Below, one piece after another: positions 56,271 through 64,000 of a stretch of DNA of 64,000 nt. This DNA is from Campylobacterales bacterium (GTDB lineage Bacteria > Campylobacterota > Campylobacteria > Campylobacterales > QNZT01), in contig JAMOMC010000173.1 in NCBI GenBank assembly GCA_027068765.1, positions 2,668 to 66,667 of the forward strand, in the 5' to 3' direction. The notes beneath the pieces were generated by a model. It searched no databases. It was not told the origin of the DNA and saw only the letters and a program-made list of their open reading frames with translations. Made by a program: the position numbers and the translations under genes. The number at the start of each line of letters is the position of its first letter. Within the stretch, counting starts at the first letter, position 1.

Positions 56271-57506
56271 CTACTCACAAACTATACGAAAACTATCATC
56301 GAGTTTTATCGGTAAGATGAGTGTTTGGAATCCTCTTTTTTTTGCAGATTTACAGATATTGTCTTTTCCTAAGCTTAAATCATACTCTATATTAAAGACA
56401 GGTTTGCCTGCATCTATAAATGGTTGCAATTTATCACACTCCATATACTCAAAACACTCTTCATTTACAGAAAAATCAAAAAATGGCTCTAACTCTTTAA
56501 TCTGTTCTAAATCGTTTTTAAGCCCTATGCTTAGTCCTCTTTGGTGAGCATTTGAGGCTAAAAATTTATTGTAAATGATTTGGTCATCATAAGTTAGATT
56601 AAATCCAGTGTGGTTTGTATAGCCATTTACATTATCAATTTCTACTCCATCACAACCTTTTTGTTTTGCTAAATCTAAACGAGTTAACATAATCGGTTTT
56701 AATCTCTCATCTCTTATATCTATCCATTTTTCATCCCAATTTTTCATATCTTCTCCAAGAGTTGAAATAGGAAAATCGTTAGCATCTTCTCTCCAACTCT
56801 CAAAACTACCTGCACTAAAGTAGCAAATTACTCTTTTCCCACTATCTTTTAGAGATTGAATTTTGGATGTGCTTGCATTAAAAAGATCGATATTATATAG
56901 TTTTACATCGTAATTTGGGTTTATTTCGCCTCTTAGTTGTATTTGCCAAGATGTATTTATATTTGGTTTGTACCAAGTATCTAGCCCAAAGTTTAAAACT
57001 CCACCTCTATTAACTCTAATCCAGTATCCATGTGGTTCTTGAAATTTTTCAAAGCTATTTATATATGGAGGATTATCTTTTTTATAAACTTCTCCAGCTC
57101 CTCTAATTTCCTCTAAAGTTTGGTTTAATTGGCTTTTAATCTCTAGAATTGTAAGCTCATTTATAGGGTCAATTAAGTTCCATCCTACATGTAGTGGAAT
57201 GGTTTTATCACGGTTTTTAACTGGTAAATACTCTAACGATGCTTGTTCTCTAAGTTTTACCCAATATCCCTTAGTTTCCTCAAAAACCCTAAAGCTATTT
57301 AAAAAATCAGGGTTGTCTCTTTTGTAAGTTTTACCAGCTCCTCTAATTGCAAGAAGGTTACTCTCTCCCAATTTATCTCTTAGCTCATTTAGAGTTAGAT
57401 TGCTATTTAAACCTGTTAAATTCCAGCTTTTTTCTAAAGTTATGGAGTTGGCATAAGCTTGAATAGTTATGAAAAAAAGTGTGAATGTTATAATTTTTTT
57501 TATAAT
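56271..57506 (-). CDS. GH114 endo-alpha-1,4-polygalactosaminidase with duplicated N-terminal module and signal peptide
   Basis: Catalytic domain: WQIQL, YNIDLF, VICYFSAGSFESWRED, KGCDGVEIDNV, GLKND, NEECFEYMEC, FNIEY (GH114/PF03537 pattern). The frame stays open upstream of the track start (TTG 57371) and encodes KKIITFTLFFITIQAYA. The 5' end is set at ATT 57506 / ATA 57503 behind AAGGAAG, because no ATG/GTG/TTG is available. Confidence 0.7.
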   Translation of the reverse strand: MIKKIITFTLFFITIQAYANSITLEKSWNLTGLNSNLTLNELRDKLGESNLLAIRGAGKTYKRDNPDFLNSFRVFEETKGYWVKLREQASLEYLPVKNRDKTIPLHVGWNLIDPINELTILEIKSQLNQTLEEIRGAGEVYKKDNPPYINSFEKFQEPHGYWIRVNRGGVLNFGLDTWYKPNINTSWQIQLRGEINPNYDVKLYNIDLFNASTSKIQSLKDSGKRVICYFSAGSFESWREDANDFPISTLGEDMKNWDEKWIDIRDERLKPIMLTRLDLAKQKGCDGVEIDNVNGYTNHTGFNLTYDDQIIYNKFLASNAHQRGLSIGLKNDLEQIKELEPFFDFSVNEECFEYMECDKLQPFIDAGKPVFNIEYDLSLGKDNICKSAKKRGFQTLILPIKLDDSFRIVCE

Positions 57507-57584
57507 ACTTCCTTTTGTTTTGTAAAATATATATTACCAAATAAAAGATAAGAGAATTTTATAATCTTTGTATATAATATAAAA

Positions 57585-58376
57585 ATGATAAAAGATAAAA
57601 CAATACTCATTACAAATGATGACGGATATGATAGTGAGGGTTTAAAAGCTCTCATAAAAGCTCTAAAAACAGTAGCAAGAGTGATAGTTACAGCACCAGC
57701 AACAGAAAAATCAGCTTGTGCACACTCTCTTACTTTAACTCGACCTATGCGATTTGTAGAGGTTGATGATGATTTTTATAAACTTGATGATGGTACTCCA
57801 ACAGACTGTATTTTTTTGGCTTTAAATGCTTATTTTGAAGATGATAAAAAGCCAGATTTGATTGTTAGTGGTATAAATCGTGGTTCAAACTTAGGAGAAG
57901 ATATAACTTATAGTGGTACAGTTGCTGGTGCTATGGAGGGAGTGCTTTTGGGAGTGCCTTCTATCGCTATTTCGCAAGTTTGTAGAGATAAGTGTCAAAA
58001 TATTTTTGATTATGGATATGAATTAGCAGCAGAGGTTGCTAAAGAGTTAGCTATAAAAATTCTTAAAGGTTCATTTCCATTAGGGAGACGAAAACTTTTA
58101 AATATAAATGTGCCACCTATTAAAAAATCAGAGTTTAAAGGTTATAAAATTACAAAAGCAGGATATAGAGTCTATGCAAACTCTGCACATCTTCATAGAA
58201 ATCCAAGAGGAGAAGAGTATTACTGGATTGGTCTTCCTGGGATTGATTGGGAGAGAAGTGAGGATGGAGAGTTATGTGATTTATCTGCTATTGAAGATGG
58301 GTTTGTATCTATCACACCTGTGCATCTAGATCTTACTTCCTATGATGATATAGAAAAACTACAGGAGTGGATATGA
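57585..58376 (+). CDS. surE: 5'/3'-nucleotidase SurE
   Basis: ILITNDDGYDSEGL and GINRGSNLGEDITYSGTVAGAMEG. Confidence 0.9.
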   Translation: MIKDKTILITNDDGYDSEGLKALIKALKTVARVIVTAPATEKSACAHSLTLTRPMRFVEVDDDFYKLDDGTPTDCIFLALNAYFEDDKKPDLIVSGINRGSNLGEDITYSGTVAGAMEGVLLGVPSIAISQVCRDKCQNIFDYGYELAAEVAKELAIKILKGSFPLGRRKLLNINVPPIKKSEFKGYKITKAGYRVYANSAHLHRNPRGEEYYWIGLPGIDWERSEDGELCDLSAIEDGFVSITPVHLDLTSYDDIEKLQEWI

Positions 58377-59005
58377 GATTTACAAGATCTAAAATTCTTT
58401 TTGGAGATGATTTTAGTAAGTTGCAAAATGCAAAAGTTCTTCTTCTTGGTGTTGGTGGAGTAGGGGGGTTTTGTCTTGATTGTCTTTTTAGAAGTGGGCT
58501 TCAAGATATCACTATTGTAGATTTTGATACTTTTGATGTTACAAACCAAAATAGACAAATTGGAAGTGAAGCAGTAGATGCTGTAAAAGTGGATCATTTA
58601 AAAACACTCTATCCCACAGTTAAAGCTATTAGAGAGAAAGTTAGCAAGAGTTGGTGTGAAGAGTTTGATTTTGCCCCTTATGACTTGGTTATAGATGCTA
58701 TAGATGATATGCCTTCAAAAGTAGCTTTAGCACATAAGGTGCATCATAAGCTTATTAGTTCAACTGGAGGTGCTAAAAAGTTAGACCCTACAAAGATTGA
58801 GATTGCATCTATTTGGAAAACTAGAGGAGATGCTTTAGCAAAGAAGTTTAGATATGAGCTTAAAAAGAGTGGCTTCAAAGGAGATTTTGAAGTTGCATTT
58901 TCTCCTGAAGAGGCAAAATGTACAGATCTTGGAAGTTTTGTTGGAGTCACTGGCTCTTTTGGTTTGGCTATTTGTTCAAAGGTTGTTAAAGAAATTATTA
59001 AATGA
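58367..59005 (+). CDS. ThiF/MoeB-family adenylyltransferase, TcdA (tRNA cyclic t6A dehydratase)-like
   Basis: Rossmann motif LLLGVGGVGGF followed by VDFD.....NQNRQ; 212 aa. Confidence 0.65.
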   Translation: MDMRFTRSKILFGDDFSKLQNAKVLLLGVGGVGGFCLDCLFRSGLQDITIVDFDTFDVTNQNRQIGSEAVDAVKVDHLKTLYPTVKAIREKVSKSWCEEFDFAPYDLVIDAIDDMPSKVALAHKVHHKLISSTGGAKKLDPTKIEIASIWKTRGDALAKKFRYELKKSGFKGDFEVAFSPEEAKCTDLGSFVGVTGSFGLAICSKVVKEIIK

Positions 59006-59958
59006 GAGTAGTTTTAATATCTGCCTTTTTAATATCTTTTGTTTTTGCACTTAAAGAACATAAAATCTCTCCTTTGGATTTTATTGACAAGAGGTTTATG
59101 GATATAAAAATTTTGGATAGCAAAATAGTAGAGATAGATAAAATTGATGGTGAAAAGTTTTATGGAATTTCTGCAATCTCATACGATAAAAATCGTGATA
59201 TATTGTATGCGATTAGTGATAGAGGAAGACTTTTTTCCTTGCGAGTTGTTACTAAAAATGGTAAAATTACTAATTTAAAACCAGTTAGTGGATATAGATT
59301 TAAAGATAAAAATGGAAAGAAATTCTTTAAACAAAAAAGTGATTCAGAGGGTATGGTTTTAGTAGATGATGGAGATAAAAAATCACTTCTTATCTCTTAT
59401 GAGCTTTATCCAAAAGTTTTAATTTTTAATACAAAAGGCAGAGAAAAGAGTATAAAAAATATAGACTTAAACTTGCCAGAAAAGTTAAAAAATATAAGAA
59501 ACTACCAAGGAAAAAACTCCGCTCTAGAAGCTCTAACATATCATAAAAAATATGGAATTTTAACTGCATCTGAGTTTCCTTTAAGAGGTCAAAAGATGGG
59601 TTATCATGGTGTTTATAACTCTGATGGTGAAGTTTGTAAATTTAAAAAAGATTTTTATGACAATGGTGTTACTGGGTTTGAGAGTATGCATGATGGAAAT
59701 ATTTTAGTTTTGCAACGCTCTATTAGTATTCAAAATTTTAGTTTTGATATCACACTGAAAAAAGTCTATTTGGAAGATAAAAAAGATGGTGTATGTAGAT
59801 CAAAAAATTTAGCAGTTTTTAAAAGCTTAGATGGTTGGAGCTTGGATAATTTTGAGGGAATTTCTCACTATAGAGATAATATATATTTTATGATAAGTGA
59901 TGATAATGGAAATATGTTTCAAAAGACAATTTTAACAATGTTCAAAATTTTGGATTAA
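59002..59958 (+). CDS. secreted phytase-like esterase family protein (beta-propeller)
   Basis: Signal peptide, and repeated acidic-Gly blocks SDSEGMVLVDDG, NSALEALTY and DNFEGISHY, which resemble the Phytase-like (PF13449) family. Confidence 0.5.
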   Translation: MRVVLISAFLISFVFALKEHKISPLDFIDKRFMDIKILDSKIVEIDKIDGEKFYGISAISYDKNRDILYAISDRGRLFSLRVVTKNGKITNLKPVSGYRFKDKNGKKFFKQKSDSEGMVLVDDGDKKSLLISYELYPKVLIFNTKGREKSIKNIDLNLPEKLKNIRNYQGKNSALEALTYHKKYGILTASEFPLRGQKMGYHGVYNSDGEVCKFKKDFYDNGVTGFESMHDGNILVLQRSISIQNFSFDITLKKVYLEDKKDGVCRSKNLAVFKSLDGWSLDNFEGISHYRDNIYFMISDDNGNMFQKTILTMFKILD

Positions 59959-60023
59959 AATTTAACAGATAATTAACACTTACATATTAGACTTCCTAAA
60001 AATATTTTTTAGGAGTAATTGAG

Positions 60024-62036
60024 ATGAAAAAAAGAGTGATATTTTTATCGCTTTGTACTATAAGTTATGTACAAAGTGCTGATTTAGAGAGAGTTATAGT
60101 GAAAGAGAGGATAAATTCACAAATTATCAAGGATGTTAGTGCAAAAGAGATAAAATCTGCAGATCTCTCTGATGTACTTCAAAAAAATGTACCTTCAATA
60201 AATTTAATAAGAAGAAGTGGTATTGCAAATGATATTTTGCTTCGTGGACAAAAAAGAGACAATATTAATATCATAATAGACGGTACAAAAGTATATGGTG
60301 GATGTGTAAATCGCATGGATCCACCAATCTCACATGTACTTACTAACAATATTGAAACACTAGAGATTAAAGAAGGTCCGTTTGATGTTGAAAATTTTGG
60401 AACATTAAGTGGTCTTGTAGATATAAAAACTAAAAAACCAACTCAAAAAATAAGTGGAGATATTGGTTTAAATATAGGTAGTTTTGGTTATCAAAAGTTT
60501 TTGGGAAGTATAAGTGGTGGAAATGATAGAGTAAAAGTTCTTTTAAGTGCGTCATCTGAAAAAGGTGAACAATATGAAGATGGAGATGGCAATAAATTAT
60601 CACAACAACTTAAAAATATTACAACAGATACAACTATGGCAAAGGCTCAATATCAATCAAAATATGAAAATATGGATGCTTTTAAAAAATCAACATTTAT
60701 GGGGAAAGTATTTGTTGATATAACTGATAATCAAGAACTTAGACTAAGTTATACAGCCAATAGAAGTGATGATATACTTTATCCATCTTCTAAGATGGAT
60801 GCACTCTATGATGATTCAGATATATATTCATTTGAGTATGATATTAATAACCTAAGCAATTACTCTAAATCTATAAATTTTCAAATTTATCAATCAGAAG
60901 TTGATCACCCTATGTCAACAAAATATAGAAAGATGGGTGCTATAACTTATAAAACACATGCACTTACTACAAAGATGCAAGGAATAAAAATTAAAAATAG
61001 TTTGAATATTAAAAATATTGATATAACTGTTGGAGTAGATGCAAGTAAGAGAAATTGGGATGGACATTATGAGAGTAATGGCACTATAAATATTATGCCA
61101 AATGGTATGCCTATGAAATCATTAAATGATATAGATACAGTAAATCAAGCTCTTTTTATAAAAGCTAAACATAGTTTTGGTATTACCAATTTTGAGTATG
61201 GATTAAGATATGATGATACAAGCATAGAGAGTGAAAATGATTACTCTAGTATAAATGGTAATATTTTTGCGACAATAAATGCGACTGATACTTTAACATA
61301 TTTTGTAGGTTTAGGAAAATCTAGTCGAGTACCAGATGCTAGAGAGTTATACCTTGTGATGATGGGAAGTCATGTAGGAACACCAACATTAAATGAAACC
61401 AAAAATTATGAAATTGATTTTGGATTTGAAAAAATATATGAAAATTTTACTATCAAAACAAAAGCTTATTATAGTAGTCTTAAAGATTATATAGCATATA
61501 ACACTGCAAATAAAAAAGCCAATGCAGATGGAGATATGAGTTCATTTCACTCTTTTGAAAATGTAGATGCAACTGTTTATGGTATAGAGTTAAGTGGTAT
61601 TGTTCTTGCGAGTGATAGAATCTATTTGGATTATGGAGTATCTTATAAAAAAGGAGAAAAAGATACTCCATTAACTGGACAAAATGGAACTAATATGCCT
61701 GATATGAGACCACTTAAGACAAATATATCATTAAATTATGATAATAGCGAAATAGTAGATGCAAAATTAGAGTTTGTTGGTGCTACAAAATGGAGTGATA
61801 TTGATTATGAAAATGGTGAACAAGAGTTAGCTGGATATGGAGTTTTTAACTTGAAACTAAGTAAAGATTTTAAGTATAAAATTACTCTAACAGCAGGTGT
61901 TGAAAATATTTTTGATAAAACATATGCTACAACAAATACATATAAAGATTTAATTCTTTTAACAGCTGGGGGTGATACGATGCTTTTAAATGAGCCTGGA
62001 CGTTACTTCTATCTAAATGGAACATATAAATTTTAA
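60024..62036 (+). CDS. TonB-dependent receptor, possibly copper-type (OprC/NosA-like)
   Basis: Signal peptide, plug domain, a 22-strand-sized barrel and terminal GTYKF. The plug carries GGCVNRMDPPISH, which resembles the Cys/Met/His copper site region of OprC-type receptors. Confidence 0.8.
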   Translation: MKKRVIFLSLCTISYVQSADLERVIVKERINSQIIKDVSAKEIKSADLSDVLQKNVPSINLIRRSGIANDILLRGQKRDNINIIIDGTKVYGGCVNRMDPPISHVLTNNIETLEIKEGPFDVENFGTLSGLVDIKTKKPTQKISGDIGLNIGSFGYQKFLGSISGGNDRVKVLLSASSEKGEQYEDGDGNKLSQQLKNITTDTTMAKAQYQSKYENMDAFKKSTFMGKVFVDITDNQELRLSYTANRSDDILYPSSKMDALYDDSDIYSFEYDINNLSNYSKSINFQIYQSEVDHPMSTKYRKMGAITYKTHALTTKMQGIKIKNSLNIKNIDITVGVDASKRNWDGHYESNGTINIMPNGMPMKSLNDIDTVNQALFIKAKHSFGITNFEYGLRYDDTSIESENDYSSINGNIFATINATDTLTYFVGLGKSSRVPDARELYLVMMGSHVGTPTLNETKNYEIDFGFEKIYENFTIKTKAYYSSLKDYIAYNTANKKANADGDMSSFHSFENVDATVYGIELSGIVLASDRIYLDYGVSYKKGEKDTPLTGQNGTNMPDMRPLKTNISLNYDNSEIVDAKLEFVGATKWSDIDYENGEQELAGYGVFNLKLSKDFKYKITLTAGVENIFDKTYATTNTYKDLILLTAGGDTMLLNEPGRYFYLNGTYKF

Positions 62037-62045
62037 GTTTAAAAG

Positions 62046-62071
62046 TCCATAGTGATTTAAGTTACTATGGA
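62046..62071. terminator. hairpin between the convergent TonB-dependent receptor and PBP genes
   Basis: TCCATAGT (62046-62053), 10-nt loop, ACTATGGA (62064-62071). Overlaps the PBP stop codon. Confidence 0.4.
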
Positions 62072-63834
62072 TTTATTGGAACCAATAATTTTTCATCAAC
62101 CAAAACATTTACAATATCTTTAAAAACAGGTACAGCACTAAGAGATGCAAAGTAGAGACTACTTCTAGTTGTTGGCTCTATAGCTGTTACTCCTATTGTG
62201 TATCTGTTGTTTTTATCGTTTGCAAATCCAAAAAATGAGCTATTATAAACATTTTCATAAACTCCTCGTATAGAGATGTGAGCTGTTCCTGTTTTTCCTC
62301 CAATTTTTAAACCTTTTATATCAGTTCCTTTACCAGTACCATCAGTTACAGTTTTTCTTAAAATATGGTTCATAACATATGCGATATCACTGTCAATAAT
62401 TCTTGTTCCCTTTTTTCTCTCAATTTTTTGCATGTTCCCGCTACTTTGTTGATAATAACTTCCTATACTAGGTTTTATCCACACTCCATTGTTATTAAAA
62501 ACATTAAAGGCACAAAGGAGTTGAAAAAAGTTTGCTTTTAAACCATACCCATATGATGCGGTTGCTCTGTATGTGCTATGTTTTAATTGGTGAATATTTG
62601 GGATAGACCCACCAAGCTCGTCTGAGATATCTATACCAGTTTTTTTTGAGAATCCGAACTCTTTTAATCCTTGATAAAAATCAATTTCATCAAGACTTTG
62701 AGCTAATTTTGCCATACCTACATTGCTAGAGTGTACAATGATGTTTTCCGCACTGAGATAATCATAAGGGTGTTCATCTGTTATTACTTTATTTCCAAGT
62801 TTATATCTTCCATTTTCGGTATCAATTATGTCATGAGGGTGTACTTTTTTCTCCTTTAGAAGTAGTGCAAAAGTGATTGGTTTCAAAACAGACCCAGGTT
62901 CAAATACATACCTTGTAGCTGATATGGAAGTACTTGCAATATCACTATCTAAGATATGAGATGGATTGTATCTTCTTGAGCTTGCAATTGCTAAAATCTC
63001 TCCCGTTTTACTATCCATTACTGAAGCAATTATCTCTTTTGCATCAGTTTTTTCTCTATGTTTGTCTAAAATCTTCTCTATATCTTTTTGAACTTTTAAA
63101 GAGATGCTTGTTATGATATTTAAGCCGTCAATTCTAGCTTTTACCTTACTCTCTTTATCTAAAATTATGTTGTGGTTAACATCTCTTCTTCCTATTATCT
63201 TGGTACTTTGACGACCAGATAGTGCATCATTGTAGTACTTTTCTAAGCCATATCTTCCATTTATCGTTATGTAGTTTCTTGTCTCATTTTTCTGCATGAA
63301 ACCTAAAACTGGTGATAAAGTACTCTTTAGAGGAAATTCACGATGTTCTCCACTCTCTGTAATTGAGAGTGCATGAAAAAATGAATCCCCAGTAACTGGG
63401 TCTACATATCTTTTTAAAATCCTAAGTCTAAGTATCTCTGATTTTAATTGCTGCACATATCTAGCTGATTTTGAATCAAGTGTATAGGTTATTTTTACAA
63501 AACCAAAGTTTGATTTTAGTTTTTCTCTTACATCATGTTCGTCCATTTTACTAAAAATTGAGAAGAGTTTTACAAATAGTTCAAATTTAGCAGGGTCGAT
63601 ATTTCTAGTATCAACTTCTGCACTATATAGTTTTTTACTAGCACTTATTGTAAAGCCGTTCTTACTCAAGATTGAGCCTCTAAGGGCTATATCTTTTTCT
63701 GTTTTTTGCAAGTTCGGAAGTTTCCTATCGTTTGTCACAATGTTTAAAAAAGCTCCTAGAAGAATTAAAAACATTAAAAAAACTATGAAAAAAATAAAGG
63801 CTATTTTAAATTTTGTACTTTCGCTTTGGTTCAT
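62065..63834 (-). CDS. class B penicillin-binding protein (peptidoglycan D,D-transpeptidase, FtsI/PBP2 family)
   Basis: N-terminal TM anchor, SVLKP (SxxK), SSN (SxN), KTGTA (KTG). It lies immediately downstream of fliE, as in Campylobacter/Helicobacter. Confidence 0.9.
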   Translation of the reverse strand: MNQSESTKFKIAFIFFIVFLMFLILLGAFLNIVTNDRKLPNLQKTEKDIALRGSILSKNGFTISASKKLYSAEVDTRNIDPAKFELFVKLFSIFSKMDEHDVREKLKSNFGFVKITYTLDSKSARYVQQLKSEILRLRILKRYVDPVTGDSFFHALSITESGEHREFPLKSTLSPVLGFMQKNETRNYITINGRYGLEKYYNDALSGRQSTKIIGRRDVNHNIILDKESKVKARIDGLNIITSISLKVQKDIEKILDKHREKTDAKEIIASVMDSKTGEILAIASSRRYNPSHILDSDIASTSISATRYVFEPGSVLKPITFALLLKEKKVHPHDIIDTENGRYKLGNKVITDEHPYDYLSAENIIVHSSNVGMAKLAQSLDEIDFYQGLKEFGFSKKTGIDISDELGGSIPNIHQLKHSTYRATASYGYGLKANFFQLLCAFNVFNNNGVWIKPSIGSYYQQSSGNMQKIERKKGTRIIDSDIAYVMNHILRKTVTDGTGKGTDIKGLKIGGKTGTAHISIRGVYENVYNSSFFGFANDKNNRYTIGVTAIEPTTRSSLYFASLSAVPVFKDIVNVLVDEKLLVPINP

Positions 63835-63864
63835 ACGGCCATTATAATGAATTGATAATTAAAA

Positions 63865-64000
63865 TTAAATTGGAGTTCTTAAAATCTCTTTATAAGCATT
63901 TAAAGCTTTGTTTCTAACTTCTAACATCATCTTCATACTAACTTCAGCTTTGGAGATAGCCATAGCAGCACTATGTAGGTCTTTTACTTGTCCTGTTGCT
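63865..64000 (-). CDS. fliE: flagellar hook-basal body complex protein FliE (C-terminal part; 5' end outside window)
   Basis: My translation of the minus strand gives ...GQVKDLHSAAMAISKAEVSMKMMLEVRNKALNAYKEILRTPI*, which matches the conserved FliE C-terminus. Stop at 63865-63867. Confidence 0.75.
   Translation of the reverse strand, partial: ATGQVKDLHSAAMAISKAEVSMKMMLEVRNKALNAYKEILRTPI

Noticed and set aside
1-64000. Search by eye for CRISPR arrays, tRNA/rRNA genes, riboswitch-sized leaders, IS elements, integrases and prophage genes.
   Set aside because: All intergenic regions are under 340 bp and AT-rich, without cloverleaf-like or regularly spaced repeat structure. No ORF shows DDE/transposase, tyrosine/serine recombinase or phage structural motifs. 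A covariance-model scan (tRNAscan-SE, Infernal) would be needed to exclude small ncRNAs.

Overview
Visibly AT-rich 64 kb chromosomal segment. Gene content and local synteny (mtnN/pfs next to fabD, a class B PBP followed by fliE, ybeY, surE, holA-rnr, many REC/Hpt/EAL signalling proteins) point to Campylobacterota (Epsilonproteobacteria). An Arcobacter-like organism is possible, but that is inference only. I count about 60 protein-coding genes. By eye I found no rRNA, tRNA, CRISPR array, transposase or integrase. Housekeeping blocks occupy roughly 1-10965 and 34541-64000. Between fabD and nhaA lies a ~23.4 kb accessory segment (11085-34502) with three parts: an MNT-HepT (type VII) toxin-antitoxin pair, three tandem type IV pilin-like genes without any assembly machinery, and a two-module Wzx/Wzy-type polysaccharide locus. 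That locus has one Wza, two full-length Wzc-type tyrosine autokinases, six glycosyltransferases, a secreted DUF4838 hydrolase-like protein and an AsnB-like amidotransferase. Its sugar-activation set is unusual: rfbF plus an LhgO-family FAD oxidoreductase plus a DegT-type aminotransferase, with no CDP-glucose 4,6-dehydratase. The two modules are separated by a 14-bp-stem hairpin and what looks like a decayed 3' remnant of a trmA-like methyltransferase gene, which suggests a mosaic origin. Other points worth a second look: a solitary AAA ATPase-wHTH-DUF234 gene (D...ExK nuclease-like) behind a perfect 10-bp palindrome; a YbjQ-YbjQ-M48 protease operon; a secreted patatin-like lipase with a beta-rich C-terminus; an RHH-PIN pair; a GH114 endo-alpha-1,4-polygalactosaminidase with a duplicated N-terminal module; and two genes (GH114, rnr) whose conserved N-termini extend upstream of any ATG/GTG/TTG and appear to start at ATA behind strong Shine-Dalgarno sites. 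All homology calls come from motif recognition in the supplied translations. No database search was run.
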